Below are positions 45,649 to 56,775 of a DNA stretch of 64,000 bases, in pieces. A program made the position numbers and the translations under genes. The DNA comes from an uncultured Solirubrobacteraceae bacterium (GTDB taxonomy: Bacteria > Actinomycetota > Thermoleophilia > Solirubrobacterales > Solirubrobacteraceae). How positions within the stretch are numbered: position 1 is the stretch's first letter; every line of letters begins with the position of its first letter. The notes beneath the pieces were generated by a model, which was not told where the DNA came from, ran no database searches, and saw nothing but the letters and a program-made list of their open reading frames with translations. The DNA lies in contig CAWEVS010000016.1 in assembly GCA_963812575.1 (NCBI GenBank), positions 43,772 through 107,771 on the forward strand, read 5' to 3'.

Positions 45649-45721
45649 GCGGCGGTAGCTCAGTTGGTAGAGCGCGAGCTTCCCAAGCTCGAGGTCACGG
45701 GTTCGAGACCCGTTCGCCGCT
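45649..45721 (+). tRNA. tRNA-Gly (anticodon CCC), CCA not encoded
   Basis: GCGGCGG-TA-GCTCAGTTGGTAGAGC, anticodon arm CGAGC-TTCCCAA-GCTCG, GGTTCGAGACC, discriminator U. Confidence 0.96.
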
Positions 45722-45841
45722 TCGCAGGTCATCCCTCGATCTGGCGCTGAGAGCCAGATCGATGCGCAGTGGCAAGCCGCGCCGGCGCCGGTTTGTGGCG
45801 CCGGCGCGAGGCCAGGCTCTTCCTCTCGCGCCGCTCGTGCG

Positions 45842-46504
45842 TCAGGCGGCTGCGGCGGTACCGCGGCCGCTGAGATTGATCCGCCAGTTTGCCAGCGGCA
45901 GCAGCAGCAGCACAGCTCCAAGCGCGATCATCAGGTAGCCGGCGAGTGTTGCGATCGTGCCTACCAGCGACCAGCCCCAGGCGCTGAGCAGGATGCTTCG
46001 CAGGGTCTCGCCTTGGAACAACGTTGCCTTCTCTTCGGCGAGCTTCGCGTTCTTCGGCGCGGCGATCGCTGCGGCGCTGACCTGCGCGTAGGTCTGTCCG
46101 CCGGCGACCTCTGAGAGGTGCACGTTGATGAAGTCGTTGGCGTAGGCCTTCGCCTGGGAGCCGTTCACCAGCTGCTGGCCGGCGTACTGCTTGATGCCCG
46201 GCAGCAACGCGGGACTGCCGGCGGCCGGGAAGACGATCTTCTGCGGCACCAGCTGGTCGTGTACGACGTTCTTGGCGTAGTTGCCGCCGACGACGGCGAT
46301 GATGCCGACGACGATGATGCCCGCCGCCGCGAGGCTCGCGATCGAGGTCAGGCTGGTCAGCCTCGCCAGCAGTGGGTTGCGCGAGGCGCGCTCGCGATTT
46401 GGCGTCGTAGCTCCTCCGCTGGAGCTGGGCGACGCGAGGTCGGGGAGCGTTGCACCGTTGGCGGTTGCGGCGGCAGGGGGAGTCGGCAGAGTCGAGCTGG
46501 GCAC
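45842..46504 (-). CDS. Conserved hypothetical membrane protein
   Basis: TM, then V.DQL..QKI.F, A.AYA..FI..HL, GETLR..LL, then TM; start uncertain. Confidence 0.7.
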   Translation of the reverse strand: MPSSTLPTPPAAATANGATLPDLASPSSSGGATTPNRERASRNPLLARLTSLTSIASLAAAGIIVVGIIAVVGGNYAKNVVHDQLVPQKIVFPAAGSPALLPGIKQYAGQQLVNGSQAKAYANDFINVHLSEVAGGQTYAQVSAAAIAAPKNAKLAEEKATLFQGETLRSILLSAWGWSLVGTIATLAGYLMIALGAVLLLLPLANWRINLSGRGTAAAA

Positions 46505-46589
46505 GGCAGGCCTCGTTTCGTTTGATGTGCGCCTGAGCGCATGAGCGCCAGCGACCTGAGGTGCACCGCGGACCGGAACAACATAGCAT

Positions 46590-46646
46590 GAAACATAAAT
46601 CTAGGAAATGGAAATCATAGAAATACGAATCTAGATAAGCTAATCT
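46590..46646. promoter_or_regulatory. AT-rich divergent promoter region with direct repeats
   Basis: GAAACATAAATCTAG (46590) and GAAATACGAATCTAG (46620); TAATCT 6 nt before ATG 46653. Confidence 0.5.
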
Positions 46647-46652
46647 TGTTGG

Positions 46653-47019
46653 ATGCCCGAGCAGGTCGCGCCGCGCTGGAAGTTCCTGACCAATCATGCG
46701 AGCGTGCTCGTCTGCATCGCACACGACCCGGGGGTGCTCCTGCGAGAGATCAGCGAGAGCGTCGGAATCACCGAACGCGCCGCACATCGGATCGTCGGCG
46801 AGCTCGTCGACGCCGGCTACATCGCGCGTGAGCGCGTCGGACGCCGTAACCGGTACACGATCCAATCCGACCTTCCGCTTCCCGACCGGCTCGTACGCGT
46901 CGGGCGAGTCGGCGATCTGCTCGCGGTGCTCGTCGGCGAGAACGACGAGCCGGCTCGCGCCGAGCGGTCGCGCCGAGCCGCATTCGGCTTCCGATTCGCC
47001 GGCGCGCGACTCGCGCTAG
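46653..47019 (+). CDS. Winged-helix transcriptional regulator (W.FLTNHA type); 3' end uncertain
   Basis: WKFLTNHA.VL.CIA.DP...LREI...VGITER....IV.EL...GYI.R.R.GRRN.Y. Confidence 0.8.
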
Positions 47020-48012
47020 GTGCCGTTGTACGACGCCGGCGGCGGCTGGATCGTCTCGGATTGCTTCGATCTGGGCCAGCAGCGTTCGCGGCGCGGTGCC
47101 GCCGAGTACGCGCAGGCGGGGGAGACGGTAGGGGTCGCTTCCGGGTCGCGCCCAGCCTGGCACGACGGTCGTCGAGCCGACGAAGCCGGCGGCCTTGACC
47201 GCAGCGACGACCGTCGCGTCGTAGTGGCCCGAGGGGTAGCAGAACCAGTTGACCGGAACGCCGTAGCGGCGCTGGATCGTCTTGCGCGCGCCGGCCGTCT
47301 GTTCGCGCAGCTGCTGTTCGTCGAGCGTGATCAGGTCGGCGTGGCTGATTCCCTGCGTATCGAGCTCCCAGCCGGCGGCGACGAGCGCGCGCACCTGCCG
47401 GCGGCTGAGGCCGCCTTGCGAGGGAGGTAGGCCGGTCAGCTGGATGTTCTCGTTGCCGACCCAGCCGAGCGAGCGCAGCACGGGCAGTGCCTGCGTGTAC
47501 TGCGACTGGTAGCCGTTGTCGAAGCTGACGACGATCGGCTTGCCGTGCGGCAGCGAGATGCCGCGCCGCCAGTAGGCCTCGACCTGGTCCTGCGTGACGG
47601 CCGTCCAACCGTCCTCGGCCAGCGCGTGCATCTGCGCGGAGAACTCTTCGGGCGTGACGTAGAGGCCGGGGAACGGCGCGCCGGCCGGCGGCGGCGCGAT
47701 CACGTGATACATCAGGATCGGTACCGCATCGGTGCCCGGCCGGCCGGTCGCGACGCCGCCGCCGGGCGTGCCGGCCTTCGTCCTGCCGTTTGCGCCGCCC
47801 GGGCCCGACCGCGCTCGTTTTGCGCCGGCCGCCGCCGCGCGAGCGCTGCCGCCGCGCGTGCCGCCGCTCGAGTTGCCACCCGCGCTCAGAAGCGCGACTG
47901 CGACGAGCGCGACGAGCAGAACGAGCGCGCCCGCGAGAAGCGCGTTGCGGCGTCGGCGATGGATCGCTCGGCGGCGCTCCTCGCGGCGTCTCTGCAAGCC
48001 CTCGATCTCCAT
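47016..48012 (-). CDS. Membrane-anchored polysaccharide deacetylase (CE4)
   Basis: VPILMYHVI, VSFDNGY, FCYPSG.Y, LPRLRV; terminal frameshift. Confidence 0.85.
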
Positions 48013-48017
48013 TTCAC

Positions 48018-48530
48018 CCCGTCGGGCTCGGCGAGCTGCTCGGCTTGAAGGCCGGCGACAACCCGCATCAGTGGTACTCGCCGAGCAGCGTGCATCGCGT
48101 GGTCGCACAGATCGTCGCCGACTACGACCGGCTCGACCCGCCTGCCAGCGGGTACTTTGCGCAGCGCGAGCGCGAATTCGAGGGTCGCGACCTGGCGCGC
48201 TACGACGCGCTGCGACGCGAGATCCGCGCGAGATACGCAGGCGTCCGGTCGGCTACAGCGAGAGCATCTTCCAACCGCTGGGCGAAGATCTCGGCCTGAA
48301 GCTGCTGACGCCCTACAGCTTCGCCAAGGCGATCGCCGAGGGCACCGACGTGACGGCGCGCGACAAGCAGGAGGTCGAGGCGTAGGCGCGCGATCGCCGA
48401 ATCAAGGTGTGGGTGTTCAACAGCCAGAACGTCACGCCCGACGTCGCAGCGCATCAACGAAATCGCGCGCGCGCACGACATTCCGATCGCGACGGTGACC
48501 GAGACGCTCTCGCCGGCGTCTGACAGCTTC
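48018..48530 (+). pseudogene. Internal fragment of a Zn/Mn ABC substrate-binding protein (ZnuA-like)
   Basis: GDNPHQWY, SESIFQPL, EGTD, N.QNVTPDV, PIATVTETL.P; no N-terminus, in-frame TAG at 48383, truncated 3' end. Confidence 0.7.
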
Positions 48531-48595
48531 GATGTCTCAGAGCACGAGATCGTGTCTGCACGGCTCCTGCGAGGACTGCGCCGGGGCCTGAGCGT

Positions 48596-49576
48596 TCAGT
48601 CGCCGCTGAGGTTCTGAGGCAACGGCTGACCGGCCGGCGGCGGGTCGTCGTGCAGCAGCTGAGGCACGGTCACGAGGTCGTAGCCGCGCTTGCGCAGTTC
48701 ACGGATGATCGCCGGCAGCGCTTCGATCGTCTCAGAGCGATCGCCGCCGGCGTCGTGCATCAGGATGATCGCGCCCGGTTTGGCGCCGGCGAGCGCGTTG
48801 TCCACGATCACCTGGACGCCGGGGCGCTCGTAGTCGTCTGTGTCGACCGACCAGAGCACCATCAGCATGTGCATCTGGCTGAGCTCGTGAAAGGTCGTCG
48901 CGTCGAACGAGCCATACGGCGGGCGAAACAGCTGCGGACGGCGCCCGCCGAGCAGTTCGATCCGCGCGGCCTGTTCGAAGAGCTCTTCGTGCTGGTCGTG
49001 CGCTGAGAGCTGCGCCATCATCGGATGCGTCTCGGTGTGGTCGCCGATCACGAAGCCGTCGTGGATCTCGCGCACGGTCGAGGCGCTGAAGTAGCGCAGC
49101 TCCTCGCCGATCACGAAGAACGTCGCCGGTACGTGTTCGCGCTCGAGCACGCTCAGGACGCCGGGCGTGTAGGGCCCGGGTCCGTCGTCGAAGGTCAGTG
49201 CGATGTCGTGCCCGCGGGCGCCGCCTTCTTTGACGAACGGCGTGTAGGCGAGTACCGCGTTGACCGCCTTCTCACCACGTTCGACGGCGTCGATCGTCGG
49301 CGCGAGGGGGCGCAAGGCGGGACCGGCGGCGCGCGCGTGAGTGCTCGCGGAGGAGACGCCGCTGCGATGGCCTGAGCCCGACAGCGCGAGCGCGAGCACG
49401 ATCGCGACGACGACGGCGAAGATCACCGCCGCTGCGAACCGGCGGCGGCGAAAGCGCGCCGCGGGCCGCCCGGCAGATGCGCTCGGCGGCGGAGCAGACG
49501 TCTCCGGCGCGATCTGCGCTCTCCGCTTTGCCGCACGCTGGTCGTCTTCGAAATCCCAGTTCCAGCGCGGGCTCAT
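48596..49576 (-). CDS. Membrane-anchored polysaccharide (peptidoglycan-type) deacetylase, NodB domain
   Basis: ALTFDDGP, ATFFVIG, HTETHP, FRPPYG, WSVDT.D, ILMHD. Confidence 0.92.
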   Translation of the reverse strand: MSPRWNWDFEDDQRAAKRRAQIAPETSAPPPSASAGRPAARFRRRRFAAAVIFAVVVAIVLALALSGSGHRSGVSSASTHARAAGPALRPLAPTIDAVERGEKAVNAVLAYTPFVKEGGARGHDIALTFDDGPGPYTPGVLSVLEREHVPATFFVIGEELRYFSASTVREIHDGFVIGDHTETHPMMAQLSAHDQHEELFEQAARIELLGGRRPQLFRPPYGSFDATTFHELSQMHMLMVLWSVDTDDYERPGVQVIVDNALAGAKPGAIILMHDAGGDRSETIEALPAIIRELRKRGYDLVTVPQLLHDDPPPAGQPLPQNLSGD

Positions 49577-49826
49577 GGAGCGATGCTAGACGCCGGCCCA
49601 GCGGCGGCGTTGCGCCTCGGCGGGCGGCGCGCTAGCGTCAGTTCGCACTAGCGGGGGGTTTGAATCAGGCGCCGTACGGGTATCGCGAAGGAACGGGATG
49701 GTGTCCAGAGGCCAGGCGGGGTGCGCTGGCAGAGGACAAGGACGCAGCGAGGGGTCGCAACGGGGCCTCCATGCGGCGGTCCGCGAGATCGCATCTGGGG
49801 AAAACGAACGAAGGGGACGAAGGAGC

Positions 49827-51470
49827 ATGGAGATGAGAGTTCGCTCGGAGAAGGGCAATGGCGGCGCGCGAGGGCGCATCGGCCGCCGGATCGTCTGTCT
49901 GGTGGCGGTTGCGCTCGTCGGCGCGGTCGTCGCGCCGGCGCTGGCCGCTGCGAAGCCGCCGCCGATCACGAAGACCGACCTGGCGCTGGGCGACTCGTTT
50001 GCGTTCGGCTACTCGCTGCAGCAGTACAACGAAGGCGTCCCCAACGGGGATCCTGCGACCGGATTCGAACACGGCTACGTGAACGAATTCTTCAAGAAAG
50101 TAGTCAACAAGAAGAAAGAATTCCAGCTCGTCAACGACGGCTGTCCGTTCGAGACGACCGAGTCGTTCATCGGCAAGAACGAAACGCTGCTCAAAAAGCT
50201 GAACGAAGCGATGAAATCAAAACAGGAAGCAGAAGAACTTCCGCCGGTCAGCGGGACCGAATCCGAACCGGAACAGCACAAAGAAGCGAACTGCGAATAC
50301 CAGGAAGAGTTCAACAGCATCCTGAAATCCAACGGCAAAGGCGGACCGCTGCACAATCCGTACCCCGGAGAATCGCAGCTGCAAAACGCGCTGAAGACGA
50401 TCACGACGGAGTCGGAAGCCGGCAAGCCGGTCGAATACATCACGCTCGACGTCGGCCTCTACGACGTGCTGCACGTGGTCGCGCAGCAGGAAGCTGCGGT
50501 TCGCAAAGAAATCGAAGAGAAGGTGCTCGAGACGGTCCTCACGACCGAAGGTGCCGAATTCACGAAACTCGTCGCTGAAGCAGCCAAGGCGAGGATCGAA
50601 TCCGAGCTCAAATCCGAACACCCGAACCTGGTCACCGAATGCGCGACGCAGGCGCTGAAAGAACTGCTCGAACTGAAAATCACCGAAGGGCAGATCCCGC
50701 TCGCCGAAAGCAAATGCGTCGAAGCCGCGACGCTCGTCGCGACGTTGAAAGACGAAGCCGAACACAACTACAAAGGCGAAGTCGAAGCCCTGGTTGCAGC
50801 CGGCGCGGCGAAGTACGTCAGCGAACACAACTACGAACTCAACAGCGAAGGTGAAACGAAGGCCGCTGAAGCGATCAAGGAAAAAGTGGCTGAACTGGTC
50901 GGTCAGATCAGGTCCAACCTCGACGGGATCCTGTACGCGATCCGCAACGCCCAGACGCTCGGGCTCGGCGGGGTCAACTACTCCGGCAAAATCATGTTCC
51001 TGAGCAACTACAGCCCGTACGGCAAACTGTTCCAGTACGCGATCGAAGGCCGCGAATTCACCGAAGCTCACGGCGGTCAGGAAGGGCCGTATGCAGTCGA
51101 CAACGGCCGCTGCGCTCCGCACTTCGAAACGCAGCAGGAGGAAGTCGAAGGCATCGACAACCACTGTCCGGCGGCGACGTTGCGGATCGGCCTCAACACG
51201 ATCCTGGCGTCTGATCAACAACTGGGCCTACGTCAGCTCCGGCCAGTACCAGGCGTGCAACACCGACCCGGAGCCGTACTGGGACCCGGGCAACGCGAAG
51301 AAACCGCTGCAGGAACCGGAACGACTGACGAAGTTCACGAACATGCTGAACACGACCGTGTCAAACGAAAAACTCGACGGCCCCGACATCAGTCCGACGC
51401 CTGTCGGCTACGTGCAGCTGGCGAAGGAAATGGCCAGGGAAGCCAGACACTGCGCCGGCGAAGGGCTGTG
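49827..51470 (+). CDS. Secreted SGNH/GDSL-like protein with large helical insertion (frameshift ~51215)
   Basis: Signal peptide, LALGDSFAFGY, NDGC..ETT, ITLDVG..D, C-terminal DISPT..GY..LA. Confidence 0.7.
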
Positions 51471-51521
51471 ACCGAGGCGAAGTAGCCTCGCGAACGATAG
51501 GCCCGTAGCTCGGCCACCGAG

Positions 51522-51562
51522 ACGCCCCGCTCCCGAACAGGGAGTGGGGCGTTCTTGGTTTT
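51522..51562 (+). terminator. Intrinsic terminator
   Basis: GACGCCCCGCTCCC-GAACA-GGGAGTGGGGCGTT followed by CTTGGTTTT. Confidence 0.7.
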
Positions 51563-51625
51563 GAGCGCCGTCCTTGCGCGCGCGGCGTGTCCGAAGCGAT
51601 ACGGTGCCGCCTCGGAGAGGGGGAC

Positions 51626-52522
51626 ATGCACATCGATCCATACATCGTTCTGGGCAGCGCCGTCATCGGCTTTCTCGTCGGCATGACGGGTGCGGGCGGC
51701 GGCGCGCTGATGACGCCGATGCTGATCCTGCTGTTCGGCGTCACGCCGGCTGCAGCGATCTCGAGCGATCTGGTCGCCGCGGTCGTGATGCGCCCGATCG
51801 GCGCCGCCGTGCACCTGCGCAGACGCACGGTCAATCTGCGTCTGGTCGGCTGGATGGTGCTCGGCTCGGTTCCGATGGCGTTCGTCGGCGCCTACCTGCT
51901 GAGCAGGCTCGGGCACGCGAAAAGCGCGCAGAAACACATCGAGCTGGCGCTCGGCATCGCGCTGCTGATCGGAGCCGGCGCGATGGTGCTGCGCTACATC
52001 CTCGACCGCAACGCCGGCCACGACCGGACGGCGAACGTCCACGAGATCGTCGCCAAGCCGCTGCGAACCGTCGCGGTCGGAATGGTCGGTGGCATCGTCG
52101 TCGGCATGACCTCGGTCGGCTCGGGCTCGCTGATGATCATCATGATGCTGTTCCTCTACCCGACGCTTGGCGCCAAGCAGCTCGTCGGCACCGACCTGAC
52201 GCAGGCCGTGCCGCTGACGCTCGCCGCGGCGCTCGGCGCGCTCGCCTTCGGTCACGTCGAATTCGGCGTGACCGTCTCGCTGATCATCGGCAGCGTGCCG
52301 GCAGTGCTGATCGGATCGCTGCTCTCCTCGAGCGCGCCCGATCGCTACATCAGGCCGGTCATCACGTTCGTGATCGCCGCCTCCGGCCTGAAGTACGTCG
52401 GCATCGAAACGACGGCGCTCGGCTGGATCCTCTGCGGCATGCTGCTGATCGCCGGCCTCGGCTGGTTCGCGATCAAGCGCCCGTGGGAGAAGCCGACACC
52501 TGTCGACGCCGAGCGCGCCTGA
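51626..52522 (+). CDS. TauE/SafE (sulfite exporter family) membrane protein
   Basis: VGMTG.GGGALMTP, VGMTSVGSGS, LVGTDL.QAVPL. Confidence 0.88.
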   Translation: MHIDPYIVLGSAVIGFLVGMTGAGGGALMTPMLILLFGVTPAAAISSDLVAAVVMRPIGAAVHLRRRTVNLRLVGWMVLGSVPMAFVGAYLLSRLGHAKSAQKHIELALGIALLIGAGAMVLRYILDRNAGHDRTANVHEIVAKPLRTVAVGMVGGIVVGMTSVGSGSLMIIMMLFLYPTLGAKQLVGTDLTQAVPLTLAAALGALAFGHVEFGVTVSLIIGSVPAVLIGSLLSSSAPDRYIRPVITFVIAASGLKYVGIETTALGWILCGMLLIAGLGWFAIKRPWEKPTPVDAERA

Positions 52523-52604
52523 CGATCCCGAGCTGCCGCGCCCCGACGCGCTGGAGATCGAGCAGGTCTGAGTCGCGCCGGCGCCGGGACGGCGGCTGCG
52601 CGGC

Positions 52605-53907
52605 CTACCTGATGTGCATCCCCGAGATCGCGCGCGAGATCACGAGCTGCTGGATCTCGGCGGTGCCCTCGAAGATGTCGTAGATCTTCGCGTCGCGGTG
52701 CCAGCGCTCGACCGGGAACTCGCGCGTGTAGCCGTTGCCGCCGAGGATCTGGATCGCCCGCTCGGTCACCCACACGGCGACCTCGCCGGCCTTCAGCTTC
52801 GACATCGAGCCCTCGGCGTTCTTGAAGGGGACCTGGTTGCGCCCCATCCACGAGGCGCGCCAGACCAGCAGGCGGGCCGCGTCGATCTCCATCTTCATCC
52901 GCGCGAGCGTGAACGCGATCGCCTGGTTCTCGATGATCTTGCGCCCGAACTGCTCGCGCTCCTTGGCGTACTCGAGCGAGTACTCATAGGCCGCGCGCGC
53001 GATGCCGAGCGCCTGCGAGCCGACCGTCGGGCGCGAGGACTCGAACGTCGCCATCGCCGCCTGCGAGTTGGATTTCTTGCCCTCGCGCACGCGCGCGAGG
53101 CGCTCGTCGAGCTTCTCCTTGCCGCCGAGCACGTAGCCCGCCGGCACGCGACAGTCATCGAGGAAGACGTCGGCCGTGTGCGAGGCGCGCAGGCCGTGCT
53201 TTGAGACCTTCGAGCCCTGCGAGATGCCCTTCGCCTCGGACATCGGCACGATGAACGCCGCGTGGCCTTTGGAGCCGAGCTCGCGGTCGACCGAGGCGAT
53301 CACGACGTGCACGTCTGAGATGCCGCCGTTGGTCGCCCACGCCTTCTGGCCGTTGAGCACCCACTCGCCGGCCGCCTCGTCGAACTTGGCGCTCGTGCGC
53401 ACGCCGGAGACGTCGGAGCCGGCGTTCGGCTCAGAGGCGCAGAAGGCCGCGACCTTGACCTCGTCGACCGTGCCGAAGCAGCGCGGGATCCATTCGCCGA
53501 TCTGCTCGCGGCGAGCCCTGGCCGAAGATCGCCGCGACCGCCAGCGCCGTGCCCATGATCGACATGCCGATGCCGGCGTCGCCCCAGAACAGCTCCTCGT
53601 TGACGAGCGGCAGGCCGAGGCCTGAGGGGTCGGCGAAGAACTGCGCCATCCCTTCGAAGCCGTACAGGCCGATCTTCGCGGCCTCCTGGATGATCGGCCA
53701 AGGCGTCTCCTCGCGCTCGTCCCACTCGTGCGCGGCCGGGCGCACGACGTCGGCGGCGAAGCCGTGGACCCAGTCGCGGATGTCCTTCTGGTCCTGGGTG
53801 AGCGCCAGCGAGAACGGCACTTCCTGGCCGGCGGCCTGGGTGATCGCCTCGACGGCGGCCTCGGCGACGTCGGCAGTGGGCGGCGAGGCAGTTGGCGATG
53901 CGGACAT
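52605..53907 (-). CDS. Acyl-CoA dehydrogenase (frameshift ~53510)
   Basis: SEP.AGSD, LNGQK.W.TNG, REQFG, QILGGNGY..E.PVERW.RDAKI..IFEGT. Confidence 0.92.
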
Positions 53908-54239
53908 CGGCGGGTCTCCTTGAGCGGGGTCGAAGAGGGAGTCGAAAATCGAGGAGGCGCTGGAGGACGGTCCGGCTCCGGACCCTGTCCCAGGCGCTGA
54001 CAAAATACCCGGGTAGGTGCTTCAGCAAACCGCCCGTCCAGGCGATTCGCTTTACATTGAACGCGTCCGTCATCCAAACCGCAACCTACGTCTCTTACTT
54101 CCCGCCGCTCGCGCGCGGGCTGTGTGCGAAGCGGCACACACTCGCGCGTCGGCGAGAAGCGCACGCCAGACAGGTACGCGCGGTCCGGCGCGCTCGGCAC
54201 GCAGCGGCCGAGGACGCGCGACGCGTATCGCGCTGTCGC

Positions 54240-54698
54240 CTAGCGCGTTTCCCAGGCTTCCTGGTGCTTTGTCAGCGTGAGCACGTCTTTCGGCAGCTTG
54301 CCGCTGGCCACATCGGCAACGCTGACGTGCTCGAGCACTTTGCGCAGGTTCGCGCGCAACGCGATCCAGACCTGCTGCAACATCTCGGCTGAGCCGACGT
54401 ACTCGATCTCCTCGGGGCGCTGACCGCGGACTCCGACGAGCGGTCCCTCGACCGCGCGGATGATCTGCGCGAGGCTGACGTCCTCGGCGGGCTTCGCCAG
54501 CCAGTAGCCGCCTTCGGGGCCGCGCTGGCTGCGCACGAGGCCGCTCGAGCGAAGCTGGGTGAGGATGTTCTCGAGAAACGAGACCGGTATGCCTTGAGCC
54601 TGCGCGATGTCGTCGACCTTGCGCGGCGCGTCCTGCTTGCTGTCGGCCAACTCGATGACCGCGCGAACGGCGTAGTCGGCCTTGGCGGTCACGTGCAT
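54240..54698 (-). CDS. Rrf2 family transcriptional regulator (no Fe-S Cys triad)
   Basis: KADYAVRA, FLENIL..LR..GLV.SQRG..GGY.L, IRAVEGPL. Confidence 0.9.
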   Translation of the reverse strand: MHVTAKADYAVRAVIELADSKQDAPRKVDDIAQAQGIPVSFLENILTQLRSSGLVRSQRGPEGGYWLAKPAEDVSLAQIIRAVEGPLVGVRGQRPEEIEYVGSAEMLQQVWIALRANLRKVLEHVSVADVASGKLPKDVLTLTKHQEAWETR

Positions 54699-54809
54699 GC
54701 GCCTGATTCTCCCCGAAACGGCGGCGGACGGTCTCCCGGGGCGCTTGCCCGCAGGCGCGAACGGACAGTCCGTGCGATCCGCACGGGCTGGCGCGCGTCG
54801 GCGCCGGCG

Positions 54810-55058
54810 CTACCAAGCCTGCGTAGCGTGGCAGTTCGGGCAGGCGACCGTCGTCGAGACGGCCGCGCGGAACACGTATCCGCATGCGCAGGCGTAAGAA
54901 GCCTCGTCGATCGGTCCGCCGGCCCTGCGAACGCGCTCGACCGCGAGGTCGGCGGCGCGCGTCGGTGCGTCGGGTGCGACTCGGACCGGCGCGTGCCGGC
55001 GCCGTTCGGCGCGCATGCGCCGGGCCTGGCGCAGGCTGTCTGGCAGGTTCGCTCTCAT
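54810..55058 (-). CDS. Small zinc-ribbon protein
   Basis: R.AGGP.D.A.Y.CACG..F.A.VST.V.CPNC...QAW. Confidence 0.6.
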   Translation of the reverse strand: MRANLPDSLRQARRMRAERRRHAPVRVAPDAPTRAADLAVERVRRAGGPIDEASYACACGYVFRAAVSTTVACPNCHATQAW

Positions 55059-55199
55059 CGTCTACAGGAGAAGACTCTGCCCACGCTCGAAGGTTTCGCT
55101 GTGAGAGCAAGTTTTCCTCGCGTCGGCGCCGATAGAAAGCGTCTGCAGGGCGCCCGGCTGGTGGCACGAGGGCACGGGCCGTTTGCGATACTGGTGGCG

Positions 55200-55617
55200 A
55201 TGAATCCCGCGCGAAAGCGAACGGTGCGCTTGGTCGTGGCCTTGAGCGCTGCCGTGCTGTTGGCCAGCGCGCTGATCTACACGAGCTTCAGCGCCGCGAG
55301 CCCGGCGCTCAGCGCCGACGCAGCTCGTGCGCCAGGCGCAGCCGGGGCGCAGCTACCAGGTGACCGGAACGGTCGTCGACGGCTCGGTCCGCCACGAACC
55401 GAACGGGATCGACTTCAGCGTCGCCGACCGCGCCGGCGGCAAGGCGATTCCGGTCGCATACACGGGCACCGTGCCGGACCCCTTTCGCGAAGGGCGCGAG
55501 GTGATCGTGACGGTCCAGAAGCAGGGCGGGCGCTACGTCGGCGAACGCAACTCGCTGATCACGAAGTGCCCGTCGAAGTACAAGACGGCTCCGTCCGGCG
55601 AGAAGCAGAACTACTAG
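55200..55617 (+). CDS. ccmE: Heme chaperone CcmE, CxxxY variant (frameshift ~55315)
   Basis: N-terminal TM, G.V..GS, V.Y.G..PDPFREG..V, TKCPSKY. Confidence 0.85.
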
Positions 55618-55649
55618 CGCTGCGCCGGGCTGCAATCCGGCAAACGGCT

Positions 55650-56775
55650 CTAGGCCGCGGAGGAGAAGGACTCCCGCTCGGCGTCTGTCAACGGCTTGCC
55701 AACGAGAACAGCTGCGACCGCTTCTGCGGCCATTGCGTCGGAGTGGGGCAGCAGGTGCGCGTGCCGAGCAGCGTCGTAGCGTCGTCGCCAAGGCGCCCAG
55801 CGACGACGTGTAGAGGTACGCCCTCAGTCAGTGCGATGGTTGCTGCCGTGTGGCGCAGGACGTGGAGTGTGCCGGTCGGGATGTCAGCCGCTTTGCGGTG
55901 CTTCGCGAATAGCTGGGTCAGCCGCTGCGGATGAATCCACCCGCCGAGCTCGTCGCAGAACACGAGATCCCGGTCCTCGTATGCGTCGCCGGCGAGATCG
56001 CGCTCGAGCCTCTGTGCGTCGCGATGCCGGCGTCGGGCGTCAGCGGTGGCTTCGTCTAGCGCGATCGTGCGCTCGCTGCGTTTGGACTTCGGCGGCCCGA
56101 AGGTGCAGCCGCCTACGGTTGGCAGCAGCTGTCGTTCGACGCGCAGGCGCCTCGCGTCGAGGTCGACGGTTCGCCATTGCATTCCGAGCAGCTCGCCACG
56201 CCGCATTCCCGTCGTGGCGGCGAGACGCCAGAGCGCGAAGCATCGATCGTCCTCGACCTGGGAGAGAAACGCCCTCAGCTCCCGGTGACTCAGCGACTGG
56301 GCGCGGGTGCGGGGACGCGACGGTGGGTCTGCGGCAGTAGCCGGATTGCGCGCCAGCTTGCCCCACCGCACAGCGTCACCCAAGGCTCGTCTGAGGACGC
56401 TGTGTGTCAGCCGACGCGTGCCGATCGACAAACCCTGTTGCTCGAGCTCGCCATAGAGCGCATTCAAATGGCCGCCAGAGAGAGCGGAGCGGCACGCTGC
56501 CGACGTCGCGCTTGACCACGTGCGTGCGCACGATCTTGTCGTAGCGGGCGAGCGTGAGTGGCCGGATGGTGCCGCGGATCGCCGGCAGCCACTCGTCGAG
56601 CAGGAATCGACCAAATGGCTGCTTCGACGCCTCGACGAAGGTGCCTTCGGCCGTTTGCGTGATCGCCGTCGCGAGATGAGCCTCAGCTTCCTTCTGTCGG
56701 CGAAAGCCGCCCTTGGACTTCTGCTTGCGACCGCCAGTCTCGACTTCGTACGCATCCCAGTAGGCCGTCCACGTG
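55650..56775 (-). mobile_element. Decayed phage/ICE-type tyrosine integrase
   Basis: Arm-binding K.GFRRQKEA, TGMRRGELLG..W, PKS, H.LRHTAAT, V..RLG; frameshifts, missing N-terminus, catalytic Tyr codon disrupted. Confidence 0.85.

Noticed and set aside
45649-45721. tRNA-Gly as the attachment site of the integrase island
   Set aside because: No duplicate of its 3' end was seen in the window, and core-like genes lie between it and the integrase
49600-49826. Riboswitch in the purine-rich leader of the SGNH-like gene
   Set aside because: No recognisable consensus by eye
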